IMG/VR virus record: IMGVR_UViG_3300033067_001119
Span: 10,453-74,452 of that record
Reading direction: 5' to 3' (one strand)
DNA from: a virus
Lineage: Duplodnaviria; Caudoviricetes
Length of the DNA: 64,000 nucleotides
Shown in pieces: positions 17,474 to 26,803 of the stretch (positions are counted from its first letter, which is position 1; the number at the start of each line of letters is the position of its first letter). The translations under genes and the position numbers were made by a program. The notes beneath the pieces were generated by a model. The model ran no database searches. It saw only the letters and a program-made list of their open reading frames with translations, and was not told where the DNA came from.

Positions 17474-17640
17474 ACCGGGAGATCGCCGAAGAACCACGCC
17501 ACCAGAGCCAGCAGCGCCGCCATCAGGATGAAGCCGTCATACAGGCGCTCGAACGGATGATCCTCCGGCTGGTGCTCCATCACGCGTCCCAGCGTGAGGC
17601 CTATGATAGCGCCAGTGGCGAGCGGCATTATGAACTGCAC
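17458..17640 (-). CDS. small membrane protein
   Basis: Two hydrophobic segments in 60 aa. Confidence 0.45.
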   Translation of the reverse strand: MQFIMPLATGAIIGLTLGRVMEHQPEDHPFERLYDGFILMAALLALVAWFFGDLPVWPCK

Positions 17641-17915
17641 TTTGCCCTCGCGATCTTGTCGCTGTTGCGCTTTTGAGCCGTGAGGTTCACGCCGCCAACA
17701 TCAGGACGAACAGTCACCACGGTGTTTCCGCTGATCTCGAAGCGGACGCCCTCCGAGCGGAGCGTGACAGCCCCGTAGGCTGCTGGCCATGCACACAGAT
17801 CAGCGATGTGGCTGCGGACGATCTCGACGTTGAGGCCCATGGCCCGTTCCATGTAGCGCAAAACGGCGTGGTCGCTTACTCGAACAGGCTCCTTGGAAAG
17901 TGATGCAATCTTCAT
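17628..17915 (-). CDS. hypothetical protein (SDHAVLRYMER motif)
   Basis: 95-aa ORF after GGAGG. Confidence 0.55.
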   Translation of the reverse strand: MKIASLSKEPVRVSDHAVLRYMERAMGLNVEIVRSHIADLCAWPAAYGAVTLRSEGVRFEISGNTVVTVRPDVGGVNLTAQKRNSDKIARAKCSS

Positions 17916-17995
17916 GGCCTCCCTCCCTGCCGGGGATCAGTCTTCCATAGGTTGCGCTGCGTCGTCTAGTGTTTCACCTGTTCGACGCGTATGGA

Positions 17996-18202
17996 TTAGG
18001 CGGCCTCGTATCGTTTGGACGATTTGTTGTATTCGATAGCGTTCGGGTGTGCGGCCTGGAACATCGCGAGGTCGGCGGATGCCTGTGGCGTTGAGATGCC
18101 GAACTTCCGCTCTATGTGCTCCCGGTTGATAAAGCCAAACACGCGGACGGTCTCGCCGATCCACTCCTGACGCTGCCGGACGAACCAATTGCACTCGCTC
18201 AC
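17996..18202 (-). CDS. stand-alone winged-HTH resembling the N-terminal domain of CapW/BrxR-type WYL regulators
   Basis: INREHIERKFGISTPQASADLAMF...NAIEYNKSSKRYEA. Confidence 0.55.
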   Translation of the reverse strand: MSECNWFVRQRQEWIGETVRVFGFINREHIERKFGISTPQASADLAMFQAAHPNAIEYNKSSKRYEAA

Positions 18203-18214
18203 GCCAGAATCTCC

Positions 18215-18355
18215 TCTGCGCGGCAGCCGGCCAGGTTCCCGGATGGAACGCTTGAACGCATAGACGCAGCCTTAGAGGATGGCGAGAAACGGTCGGATCT
18301 CGTCCGGGAAGCCGTAGAGAGAGAGCTAAAACGGCGAGAACGACTCACGCGCTAA
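18215..18355 (+). pseudogene. ribbon-helix-helix (CopG-like) fragment with no evident start codon
   Basis: PARFPDGTLERIDAAL...KRSDLVREAVERELKRRE; opposite strand to its neighbours. Confidence 0.35.
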
Positions 18356-18527
18356 CCTTTCCCTTCCTTGCCGCATGTGCGGGGCTCCCACCCGCTGCGA
18401 CGGTTGCCTTCTGCCTTGGCAGAATCTCGCCGTCTCTTTCGGATCAGAGCGTTTCGTCGTCCGACCGACGCCCGGTGCCTACGCGCAGGCATTCGGGGAC
18501 TTCAAACCTTTTCCTTCTGCGCCGTGA

Positions 18528-18803
18528 CTAAAAGCTACCGTCCAATGCCCGTTCAACGCGCTTTAGATAGCCAAGGAACATCTGCTCGACTGGCGTTATG
18601 TCCTTGTTCTTGAGGTCAACAATCGCCCTACGGGTCTCCTCGTAGACGGCGGCCCGCCAACAGTGACTTGTAGCGAACTTGCGGGTGCAGGGGACCGGAG
18701 CATCGTCCGGGTGGCATGTGCATGTGCGGCTGTCCGCTTTGGCTTCCTTGGCTTGATCCGGCCGGGGGCCAGAACCATCCATTTCGCCCGCATAATGTCC
18801 CAT
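18528..18803 (-). CDS. hypothetical protein
   Basis: ATG 18803 after AAGGAAAAGG; CxCH...C...HC. Confidence 0.5.
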   Translation of the reverse strand: MGHYAGEMDGSGPRPDQAKEAKADSRTCTCHPDDAPVPCTRKFATSHCWRAAVYEETRRAIVDLKNKDITPVEQMFLGYLKRVERALDGSF

Positions 18804-18988
18804 TAAACCTTTTCCTTCTGCGGTGGCTGGGCGCATGGCTCGATACCCCAGACCTTCAGGCAGTGCTCCAGCGGGTAGTAATACTCCAGCTTCATCTTGG
18901 CCTCATCGACCGCTCCGGCGCGATGCAGTGTTCTGAGGTAGCTCTTAACTGCCCACCAGATGTCGGCATCGACCTCGACATTTGCCAT
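18803..18988 (-). CDS. hypothetical protein
   Basis: Coupled 61-aa ORF. Confidence 0.5.
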   Translation of the reverse strand: MANVEVDADIWWAVKSYLRTLHRAGAVDEAKMKLEYYYPLEHCLKVWGIEPCAQPPQKEKV

Positions 18989-19356
18989 CAGCCCTCACCC
19001 TTCCTGAACTCGTCTACAGCCTTCTGGGCGAGCCCACGAGCGTCGTTGTAGCCAGCGGCGATCTTCTCCAGCACAGCGAAAAAACCGCGCCCATGGACCT
19101 CGTAGCGGCGCTGACGCCATGCCTCGTTGTAGCGGCGCTCTGCGGCGTCGCTTTTCTCCTTCACCCGGGCGGGGTCGTGGTGCTTGCAGTAGGCCTTGTC
19201 CGGGCCCCAGCCGCGCAGCTTGCTGCACTGGCGAGGCAGCTCCCGAGAGCGCACCACAGTGGCGCAACACCGGCGATAGTCCGGCGATGCACCAATGGGA
19301 TCGGCCGCCCAGATGCCGTAGCCCTTAAGATACAGCCGGTTTTCCTGCTCGCTCAT
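18988..19356 (-). CDS. hypothetical protein (CC...C...YCKHH)
   Basis: Coupled 122-aa ORF. Confidence 0.6.
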   Translation of the reverse strand: MSEQENRLYLKGYGIWAADPIGASPDYRRCCATVVRSRELPRQCSKLRGWGPDKAYCKHHDPARVKEKSDAAERRYNEAWRQRRYEVHGRGFFAVLEKIAAGYNDARGLAQKAVDEFRKGEG

Positions 19357-19544
19357 GGCCGATCACCTAGAGCCAAGTTGAGCAAGCGAACAGCCTCTGC
19401 GATCTGGGAGTATTCTCGCTGATGCCGAAGGATTATCTCCAGCGGCCAGCCCTCGGAAAACTCAATCTTCAAAGCATGTGGCCAGCCCTCGGAGCCATTG
19501 CCAGAGCGCTTTTCGTATAGCTCGATGCCTGTCACCCGCTTCAT
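19353..19544 (-). CDS. hypothetical protein
   Basis: Coupled 63-aa ORF. Confidence 0.5.
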   Translation of the reverse strand: MKRVTGIELYEKRSGNGSEGWPHALKIEFSEGWPLEIILRHQREYSQIAEAVRLLNLALGDRP

Positions 19545-19545
19545 C

Positions 19546-19824
19546 TCACTTCCCGAAGCTGTCGCCGCTGTCGCCCCACGTCGGCACGTTCATCGTGGCC
19601 ATCTCGACGCCCTCCCACGGATCAAGACCGTGGGCGCTGCGCCACTGCTGGCGCATCAGGCGGGCGCGCTCAACGGTGTAGGAGACTGATTCGCGGATGT
19701 AGTTCGGGGGCGGGTTCGGCCCACCCCACTCGCGGGCCGCGCGCAGATCGGCGGCCTCCACGACCATGGCGTGGTCGATCTCGCCGGTTGATTCGTTGAT
19801 CAGGAGGTCCATGGGGGATGGCAT
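19546..19824 (-). CDS. hypothetical protein
   Basis: Coupled 92-aa ORF. Confidence 0.55.
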   Translation of the reverse strand: MPSPMDLLINESTGEIDHAMVVEAADLRAAREWGGPNPPPNYIRESVSYTVERARLMRQQWRSAHGLDPWEGVEMATMNVPTWGDSGDSFGK

Positions 19825-20087
19825 CAGATCACCCCCGCGGCGGCGTAGAAGGCGTGGCTGTAGCTGATGCGGCCCCAGCTCGGGTGGTCGGAGAACGCAT
19901 TCACGGGGCTCTGGCCCTCGTACAGGGGCTCCTCCTGCACATACTCGATAACCGCCGAATCATCATTGCGAACGATCAGGCGCGCCAACGTGGTGATGCG
20001 ATAGAAGGCACGACCTGCCTCGGCGGAGCGCTCGTAGTTGTTGACGCCCGAGAGGTATAGCGGCTTGGTGTGCAACAGTTTGGCCAT
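19824..20087 (-). CDS. hypothetical protein
   Basis: ATG 20087 after GGAG, directly downstream of a promoter-hairpin element. Confidence 0.6.
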   Translation of the reverse strand: MAKLLHTKPLYLSGVNNYERSAEAGRAFYRITTLARLIVRNDDSAVIEYVQEEPLYEGQSPVNAFSDHPSWGRISYSHAFYAAAGVI

Positions 20088-20100
20088 TGACGATCTCCGT

Positions 20101-20165
20101 GAGCCCCAATGGCTCGACCCGCACCTTATCGCACATCCCGGAGCGCCGGTCAACAGGATGTTTAC
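20101..20165 (-). promoter_or_regulatory. promoter plus GAGCC-N5-GGCTC hairpin (copy 1 of 4)
   Basis: GTAAAC-ATCCTG-TTGACC-N17-GATAAG then GAGCCATTGGGGCTC. Confidence 0.65.
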
Positions 20166-22669
20166 GCTGCCCTCCGCTTCCGTGCCCCCGGGTACAGGTT
20201 CTTCGGCACCGGCTTGTGCTTGGCGCGCTCGGTCTCCTCGTAGCGGATTTCGCTGTCGTTGCGCAGCAGGCCGAGGTCCCGCAGGTGCTTGATGCCCTGC
20301 GTCATGGCGTCCGTCAGATCGTCGTGCTTGCCCTTGGGGAAGATCGCCATTTCGTCGATCAGGTCCTGCCCCCACTGCCGGAGCGGAAAGGGGATGTAGA
20401 CCAGCTCTTGGCTGAACGCTGGCTGCACCGACTGCGCCCGCGCCCACTTGTCGCCCCTGGGCTCGATCAGCTGCACTGCCCAGCCTGCGTGCGGGTGCGA
20501 ATTGGCCAACGACTGTGCGGCCGAGATGCCCGCCGACTTGTTCTCGATCAGGAGCCGATCCGCCTTGCGCCGGGTGCAGGTGTCGGCCAGCCACTCCACA
20601 AGCCCCCAGCTGCGCATCTGGCGCTCGCGGAACGCAATCGCCTTCTCGCCCGGCTGCAGGGTGATCTTGGGCCCCGAGAACTTCAGGATGCGCCGCCACG
20701 CCTCGATCACCATGACGCGATTGTAGCCCTCCTCGTTCTGGAAGATGCCAAGGCAGACCGCCGCGCTCGGGTCGCTGTTCTCCTTCTGCCCGTAGGCCGA
20801 ATCAACCGACACCACGACGTAGCTGAAGATCGGGAATTTGCCGTCTGCCGGGCTCCACGGCTGCCACCACTCGCGCTCGAAGATCGAGCCGCCGCGGGTC
20901 TCTGGCGTCTGCTGGTACTGGGAGTTGGACGATGCTAGCCCCCAGACCACATAATTGCCGGTCGTGGTGGTTAGGCCGTAGACCTCCTCAGTCGCGTCCG
21001 GCTCAATCGATATTACCCGCTCCCGGCCGGTGAACATGCGCGAGTTGATCGCACTCTCGATGATCCGGTCGCGCCATTTTGTGGGCTGCACCTGATGCAG
21101 AAAACGCTGATACAGAGACAACATGGAAGACCGGCCAGTTGGGCCAGCTTTGAGCCAATAGGAACGCACCGGCGCATGCCCTTTTGCCCTCTGCCGGTGG
21201 CGCATCCCATAATCGAGCCCCAACAGGCTCAAATTAGCCTCCAGCTTCTCGCACAGGGGCAAATTCTTGCCTGCAGACTGGGTAAATGAGATCAGAGCGC
21301 TGGCGCTATTATGTTCGCGGCGCAGGTTGAGAGAAACGGTACCCTCACCATCAAAGAACCCAGCCAACCAACCTGCCGCCCGAACCTCGTCTGGGGCCAG
21401 CTGCGGTATTGCTGGCGGGCATACTCGACGCAACTCACCGCCAATCCATGCTGGGGCATAGGGGGGATGAGCGGCATCATTGCGCCCGGTCCACCACCTA
21501 TGGTTCGCGGTGCAGCGGATTGTTCGACCGCTGTCGAATGTGACCTTGACGCAAGGCTGGAGTGATTTGTGGACATCCAGAACGGTGGCCTCTTGGTATC
21601 GAGCGCGCCGCCTGTTGTCACCGATCCTGAACCCCACAATCTTGTCCCCCGGCACAACGGTGCCGATGGGCCTCATTGACAGATCGGCCATCAAGATCGG
21701 GGCTTCATACGGGTTGCAAGCCCAAGCGAACTTGCTCGCGTCGGACTTCATGGTCGGGATGATGTGCTCCGGGAAGCGCTCCGGCCACGCCAGCTCACCG
21801 TCGCAGTCCTGCGGGCGTGGCTTCCAGCGGGGATCGACCCAGCCGATGCTGGTGGCGAGCGGCTGCCCGTTGTCGTCGGCCTGCCAGACGTACTCCATCG
21901 GGATCAGCAGGTGGCACCAGCCATCCATCGAGCTAATGATCTCGCCGGAGACGTCCTCCTCGTTCACCCGCTGCATGATGACGACCTTCGCGCCGGTCTC
22001 CATGTTGTTGAGGCGGGACGACAGTGATTCGCGGAACCAGCGGATGGTCTCCTGCCGGACTGCCTTGGACTCCGATTCCTTGACGTTGTGCGGGTCGTCG
22101 ATGATGGCCCGGTCGCCGCGCTCGCCGGTGCCGACGCCGCCAACCGAGGAGGCCAGCTTCCAGCCGTGCCGCATGTTGGTGACCTTGGTCTCGCCGACCT
22201 TCCGCAGCTGGACGCGGTCGCCGTACATTTCCTGATATTCCGGGCAGGTCAGCAGGTCCTTGAAGCGACCGTTGTCGCGCTCCGTCAGCATCGAGGAGTA
22301 GCTGAAGGTCACATAGCGGATGTGAGGCTTGTTCATCGGGCCCCACTCCCACGCGGGCCAGAAGACGTCCGTCAGCAGGCTCTTCATGAAGCCCGGCGGG
22401 ACGTTGATCAGGAGCTTGGTGATCTCCCCGAAGGTGACCGCCTCAAGGTGCTCGCAGATCGCTTCCAGAGCCCACCCATCGACAAACTTGGTCCCCGGCT
22501 CCAGAACTGACCAGAAGTAGCGGACGAACTCCAGCAGGCCTCCCCGCCATACGCCATCGGCATCCCGGTATCCGCGCCGCTGCTGCAGCTTCTTGGCCTG
22601 CCGACGACGCATCACGGCCATCAGCTTGGCAAACTCGGCGTGCTCAGGCTGGGAGAGCGGCTGATTCAC
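20162..22669 (-). CDS. terL: terminase large subunit containing an intein
   Basis: LLINVPPGFMKS Walker A, IIDDP Walker B, C-terminal nuclease VSVDSA...HDDLTDAM. Confidence 0.95.
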   Translation of the reverse strand: MNQPLSQPEHAEFAKLMAVMRRRQAKKLQQRRGYRDADGVWRGGLLEFVRYFWSVLEPGTKFVDGWALEAICEHLEAVTFGEITKLLINVPPGFMKSLLTDVFWPAWEWGPMNKPHIRYVTFSYSSMLTERDNGRFKDLLTCPEYQEMYGDRVQLRKVGETKVTNMRHGWKLASSVGGVGTGERGDRAIIDDPHNVKESESKAVRQETIRWFRESLSSRLNNMETGAKVVIMQRVNEEDVSGEIISSMDGWCHLLIPMEYVWQADDNGQPLATSIGWVDPRWKPRPQDCDGELAWPERFPEHIIPTMKSDASKFAWACNPYEAPILMADLSMRPIGTVVPGDKIVGFRIGDNRRRARYQEATVLDVHKSLQPCVKVTFDSGRTIRCTANHRWWTGRNDAAHPPYAPAWIGGELRRVCPPAIPQLAPDEVRAAGWLAGFFDGEGTVSLNLRREHNSASALISFTQSAGKNLPLCEKLEANLSLLGLDYGMRHRQRAKGHAPVRSYWLKAGPTGRSSMLSLYQRFLHQVQPTKWRDRIIESAINSRMFTGRERVISIEPDATEEVYGLTTTTGNYVVWGLASSNSQYQQTPETRGGSIFEREWWQPWSPADGKFPIFSYVVVSVDSAYGQKENSDPSAAVCLGIFQNEEGYNRVMVIEAWRRILKFSGPKITLQPGEKAIAFRERQMRSWGLVEWLADTCTRRKADRLLIENKSAGISAAQSLANSHPHAGWAVQLIEPRGDKWARAQSVQPAFSQELVYIPFPLRQWGQDLIDEMAIFPKGKHDDLTDAMTQGIKHLRDLGLLRNDSEIRYEETERAKHKPVPKNLYPGARKRRAA
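20924..21718 (-). mobile_element. 265-aa intein with LAGLIDADG-type endonuclease
   Basis: Starts FAWA|C, has block B TANH and WLAGFFDGEG, ends ...ASSN|S(+1)QYQQ; lower GC than the flanks. Confidence 0.9.
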
Positions 22670-22878
22670 CAGTACCGCCTCGGCGGGGGAAGGTCGACGC
22701 GCTCAGCCGGGCCCGTCCAGCCGCAGCAGCAGGACACCGCCATCCAGATCAGTGGCCAGTAATCCCGCTTGGTCCGATATACAGGCGGGCTGGAAGTCCA
22801 GTAGGCGCGCGGGTCGACATAGGCGTATGCGATGCGCTCGACGCCTTTGACGATGAGGTTCTCGGCCTGCACGACCAT
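22666..22878 (-). CDS. hypothetical protein
   Basis: ATG 22878 after GGAG; overlaps the terL start by 4 nt. Confidence 0.45.
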   Translation of the reverse strand: MVVQAENLIVKGVERIAYAYVDPRAYWTSSPPVYRTKRDYWPLIWMAVSCCCGWTGPAERVDLPPPRRYW

Positions 22879-22918
22879 CTCCAAAGCACCAGCACGGTGC
22901 CGCTCGAATATACAGCAC

Positions 22919-22941
22919 AAAAAAGACCCCGCAAGCGGGGT
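22919..22941 (-). terminator. rho-independent terminator
   Basis: ACCCCG-CTTG-CGGGGT followed by CTTTTTT on minus strand. Confidence 0.6.
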
Positions 22942-22990
22942 GCGCTCACGGGGCCAATCCCTCTGGGGTTGCGCCGTTGCGAGGGTCAGT

Positions 22991-23242
22991 TCAGGCGGCC
23001 TCTTTGGCCTTAGCCTCTTTTGACCGCGCCTTCTTGGCGCTGCTCTTGATCTCCTCAAAGCTGTCGCCGCCGCTGACAGCGCCAGCCGAGGCCAGCGTCT
23101 CCTGCTGGGCGTTGACGTGCTCCTCGGCCTCCCGGATCACCTCCGCCATCCGCATGCGCTGGGACGGGGTAATGACACCCTCGCCAATCGCATCGATCAG
23201 CTTCTGCAGGAACTCTTCCGAATCAATCCAGCGCTTGGTCAT
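22991..23242 (-). CDS. hypothetical protein
   Basis: 83-aa ORF after GGAGAG. Confidence 0.55.
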   Translation of the reverse strand: MTKRWIDSEEFLQKLIDAIGEGVITPSQRMRMAEVIREAEEHVNAQQETLASAGAVSGGDSFEEIKSSAKKARSKEAKAKEAA

Positions 23243-23315
23243 GGGTCTCTCCTCAGTCGTTGCAGCGTTTCGTAGCAGTACAACGCCAACGCGGCAGCAA
23301 GGCAGGCGGTTCCCA

Positions 23316-23492
23316 TCACGTCCGACCCATTACGCGATTGCGGCGTGCGCCACGGTAGGTCTCTGCCGCGCGAGGTTGTCTGCGCGGAGATTTGATGGCC
23401 GAGCCTGCCGCCTTGATGCGTCGCCCAGATGCCTCAATCTGGTTGATCAGATCAATATCAAGACGCCGCTGAAGTGTTCTCGCGTAGCTCAT
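23316..23492 (-). CDS. small basic hypothetical protein (58 aa)
   Basis: ATG overlaps the terS stop; hand translated. Confidence 0.4.
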   Translation of the reverse strand: MSYARTLQRRLDIDLINQIEASGRRIKAAGSAIKSPRRQPRAAETYRGARRNRVMGRT

Positions 23493-24055
23493 TCGACCTC
23501 CTCATCTTCCCGTTTGCTCAAATCCTCAATCGCCTTCACCGCCGGTTCCGGCAGCCCGAGCTGCAGCGCCATCTCCACCAGCTTGGCGTTCAGCTCCTCG
23601 TCCGTCATGCGGGCAAAGTCGCCGGGCCCGCCAACCTCCGTCCGCTGCACGAACATGCCGATATCCTGCCCGATCAGGTGCAGCCCACGCAGTGCCGACT
23701 GCCTATCCGGGCGGTACACTTGATTACCGTTTGCGTCGAGTAACGGGTCACCGTTCCGTTTGTATACCGGGTCTCCCCTCATTGCTGAGGCTACTGTTCC
23801 TCTGAGGTACTGGAGAACGAAGGCTCTATCCATTGCCTCGTGTTTTACTGCTCTATTTGCAGCTTGGCGGCGTACTTCTTCGCGTTCTGCTTGGATTTCC
23901 TCGATGCGTCCGGCTATATCGGGTCTGGAGAAGAAGCGGCTTGCTGCACCTGCGTTGTACTTGAGGCCCATGCCTTCGTAGGCTTCCTGCTGGGTGGCTC
24001 CGTTGGCACGAGCGACAGCAGCGATCTCCCAGTGTGTGCGCTTTAGTACAGGCAT
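23489..24055 (-). CDS. terS: terminase small subunit
   Basis: N-terminal HTH (QQEAYEGMG...AASRFFSRPDIAGRIEEIQ), ALRGLHLIGQDIGMF; upstream of terL. Confidence 0.8.
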   Translation of the reverse strand: MPVLKRTHWEIAAVARANGATQQEAYEGMGLKYNAGAASRFFSRPDIAGRIEEIQAEREEVRRQAANRAVKHEAMDRAFVLQYLRGTVASAMRGDPVYKRNGDPLLDANGNQVYRPDRQSALRGLHLIGQDIGMFVQRTEVGGPGDFARMTDEELNAKLVEMALQLGLPEPAVKAIEDLSKREDEEVE

Positions 24056-24189
24056 GGGGGTACTTAACATTGTGGTAAGTCAAACGGTAGGGGGTCATGC
24101 CCGGATTGTCAGGAACAGGGTGGCTGCCATCAGGACGATGGTGAGCACCCCACAGGCCATGAAACCATACCGGCAGAAGTCGATCAGGG

Positions 24190-24744
24190 TCATAGATTGT
24201 GCCCTATCTTGGCTGCATCCAGCGCCTTGGCGATGACTTTCCGGGCCTTCACCAGCTCCTCATTCTTGACGCTGATGAAGATGGTGGTCTTGGAGCGGTT
24301 AGGCCTTGGGGCGGCCGGGACGACCTCCTCAATGTCGGGCAGCTCGATGTTGTCGAGGCCAAGGGGCTCCAACGGAAAGTCCAGAGACCGCAGGGTGGCC
24401 AGCTCCGCCTCCAGCAGATCGACGTCCCAGCCGGTGCCAGACTGGGCGATGGAGTTGTCGGCGATCCGCAGGGCCCGCGCCTGCTCGGGGGTCAGGTGCT
24501 TCAGCCTGATGACAGGGACCTCCTCCAGACCCAGCGCCTCGGCCGCCAGCAGCCTGCCGTGACCGGCTATCACCGTGCCCTGCTCATCAACAAGGATGGG
24601 ATTGACGAAGCCGAACTGGCTCATCGACGACTGCAGCATCGCCACCTGCTCGGGCGAATGGGTCTTGGCATTGCTCGGGTAGGGGTTGACGCTCTCGATG
24701 CCAACCATCTCCACCTTGATCGCACTATCGCTTTTTCTTGCCAT
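24190..24744 (-). CDS. ParB/Srx-like N-terminal domain protein
   Basis: PYPSNAKTHS...FGFVNPILVD...IAGHGRLLAA...LRIADN. Confidence 0.85.
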   Translation of the reverse strand: MARKSDSAIKVEMVGIESVNPYPSNAKTHSPEQVAMLQSSMSQFGFVNPILVDEQGTVIAGHGRLLAAEALGLEEVPVIRLKHLTPEQARALRIADNSIAQSGTGWDVDLLEAELATLRSLDFPLEPLGLDNIELPDIEEVVPAAPRPNRSKTTIFISVKNEELVKARKVIAKALDAAKIGHNL

Positions 24745-25000
24745 GATCCCTCGGCTGCGCCGTCTCGACAGGTGGAGGCCCCGACTTGCGCAGGTTCTCG
24801 ATTATCCGGACCAGACCAGCTCCCTCCATCGGAGCCCCAAAGCCGCCTCGCCCGAAAAAGGCATCCGCATTGATCTCCGCGGTCCTGCTTACGAGGTAGC
24901 CATCGACCTGCCACTCCAGCACCACCTTGACGCTGAGCGGCCAGCTCTGATCCGGGTCGTGCATCTTGGCGCGGCCGGTGTCGGATTGAGGTCCATCCAT
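24725..25000 (-). CDS. hypothetical protein
   Basis: ATG 25000; overlaps the ParB start. Confidence 0.5.
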   Translation of the reverse strand: MDGPQSDTGRAKMHDPDQSWPLSVKVVLEWQVDGYLVSRTAEINADAFFGRGGFGAPMEGAGLVRIIENLRKSGPPPVETAQPRDHGKKKR

Positions 25001-25402
25001 CTTCTGTCCTGTGGGGTGGATGGCGACCCGGAAAGCATCACCAAACCGGGTCGCCATGCTTGCCTGCGGGAGCGGAGCCCGAGGCAAAACCATCCTAGAG
25101 ACTTACCCGAAAAAATCAACCTTTTGTTGACGTCCCAAGTGTGATGTTAGCTGTAGATATGCAGCACAAGCAGCGCCGCCATGAGAACGATGACCGCAGC
25201 CGCCGTCCACAGAGCGGCCCTTGTCAATAGCGTTGCTGTAGCGTTTGGCATGGGTCGAGCATGTCCCGGTGTGATGAAAGGGAAAGGTTAGTGGGGGCCG
25301 GTCACAATCCAAACCAGCAGCCCGACGAACGCTATCCGCAGGCCCCACTCGTAAAGTTTGCCGTGGGGCACGTATTCGTTTTCGTCGCGTTCAAACATTG
25401 GC

Positions 25403-25567
25403 TTACCGATCTGTTGCGAGCGAGTCAGATATTCGACGCCAGAGCTTGCCGGTTATAACCGTAGCATTTGACTGCTCATTCAGGTGAGGACTGTCGCGCA
25501 CGGCTTTCAGCAGCCTTTCAAATTCCAAAATTCTTGCCGCAGCGTTCGCATGTGTAGATGTAGCCAT
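25403..25567 (-). CDS. hypothetical protein (54 aa)
   Basis: ATG after AAGGAG. Confidence 0.45.
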   Translation of the reverse strand: MATSTHANAAARILEFERLLKAVRDSPHLNEQSNATVITGKLWRRISDSLATDR

Positions 25568-25687
25568 GTATCGGCTCCTTAATGATGCCGTCCGGGTAGT
25601 CGTGGAAGTCGGCGCTGCCTTTCGACGCCTCGCAAATTGCACTCTTGCTAAGGCGGGTCCACGCTAAGAGCACTGTCCATGCACGCT

Positions 25688-25894
25688 TCATGTGTCTCGC
25701 CCTTGCTGCTGAACTGCGCCGATCTTGTCCTCTAGAATCGCAAGCAACTCGTCATAGCGGACCTGTAGCAATTCCGGGTCAGCTTGGTCGTATGGGCCGG
25801 GCAGACCACAAACCGCGCGCATGATCTCGCGAACCGGGTGGCCGGGCTTGTATAGGTTGGGTGCGTCTTGTGGATGTCTGTCATCGGCGCTCAT
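25688..25894 (-). CDS. hypothetical protein
   Basis: 68-aa ORF in accessory cluster. Confidence 0.5.
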   Translation of the reverse strand: MSADDRHPQDAPNLYKPGHPVREIMRAVCGLPGPYDQADPELLQVRYDELLAILEDKIGAVQQQGRDT

Positions 25895-25910
25895 GTTCTG
25901 TCCTGCCTGT

Positions 25911-26372
25911 CTACAGGGGAATTTTCGGTGAAGCCGCGGGCTTCTGTTGTTTCAGTGCTGCCTTTTTCTCGTTCCACTCCCGGCGCTGAATTATTGCCGC
26001 GATAGCAGCGTCGAACTCCTCGCGGTGCGCTTCAATCACCCCGGCGATGGCTTGCAGCTCGTCCTTGAGTAGCTGGCCCCGGTCTGTGCGGGCGCGCCAG
26101 TAAGCTGAACCTCGCTCCCATTCGATCTCGCGCTGCATAGCAAGGCGCGGATCGTCGTCCCACGTTCCCCATCGCTGCGCGGTATCCGAGCAGGTCATGC
26201 AGGTCAGCATGGCGCAACGCTGCTTGCCCATATCCTTTAGCCGCTGGAAAAATTCGTCGCGCGTTAAAGACTTGACCTTGGATGCGTCGTAACCGCATTC
26301 GGTTATCGCCCCATCGAGCCCGCGCCGCCACGGGAGGCTCGGCCTGATTATGTGGTCAACCGGTTCTTTCAT
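25911..26372 (-). CDS. hypothetical protein (C...CxTC)
   Basis: ATG 26372 after GGAGGG. Confidence 0.6.
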   Translation of the reverse strand: MKEPVDHIIRPSLPWRRGLDGAITECGYDASKVKSLTRDEFFQRLKDMGKQRCAMLTCMTCSDTAQRWGTWDDDPRLAMQREIEWERGSAYWRARTDRGQLLKDELQAIAGVIEAHREEFDAAIAAIIQRREWNEKKAALKQQKPAASPKIPL

Positions 26373-26560
26373 GTCTTTCCCCTCCGACGCGCGACGCTCA
26401 CTCCTCGTCGCCTTCAAAATTCCAATCGACGCCTTGCTCCGCACCCGGCCAGCGCGAGGCGATGAAGCCGTGAACCGCCGTTATCCCGATGAAGGGACCG
26501 TGGCGCTCGCCGTCAGGTCCGATGATGTAGCGCATCATTTGCCGTCACCGATGGTCTGGA

Positions 26561-26797
26561 TTAAGTCTCGTTGACCGGCGTCAGTTCGCGGATGCGCTTG
26601 TCAAGAATCCACACCACATCCTCGCCCATAGCGACGCTCTGATGAGGTAGCAGGCGCAGCAGCGTGGCAAGATTGTCATAGGCTTCAGCCTTGGGCTTCA
26701 GGCGGTCGATGACGGATCGCAAGCTGCGGATTTCCTCCTTGCAGCGGTTCATCATTTCGATTGCTTCCTTGTTGGTGATCGTGTCGCCGGGCATCAT
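26561..26797 (-). CDS. coiled-coil hypothetical protein
   Basis: 78 aa after GGAG. Confidence 0.55.
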   Translation of the reverse strand: MMPGDTITNKEAIEMMNRCKEEIRSLRSVIDRLKPKAEAYDNLATLLRLLPHQSVAMGEDVVWILDKRIRELTPVNET

Positions 26798-26803
26798 GCT
26801 CTC

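Noticed and set aside
24064-24078. CtrA binding site as a stand-alone feature
   Set aside because: It is a single imperfect match (TTAA-N7-GTAA) and I noticed no perfect boxes; mentioned only as a test target.
25100-25400. Promoter-like TTGACG/TTGACA hexamers and possible sRNA in this gap
   Set aside because: No convincing -10 at proper spacing and no terminator-bounded unit could be defined by eye.
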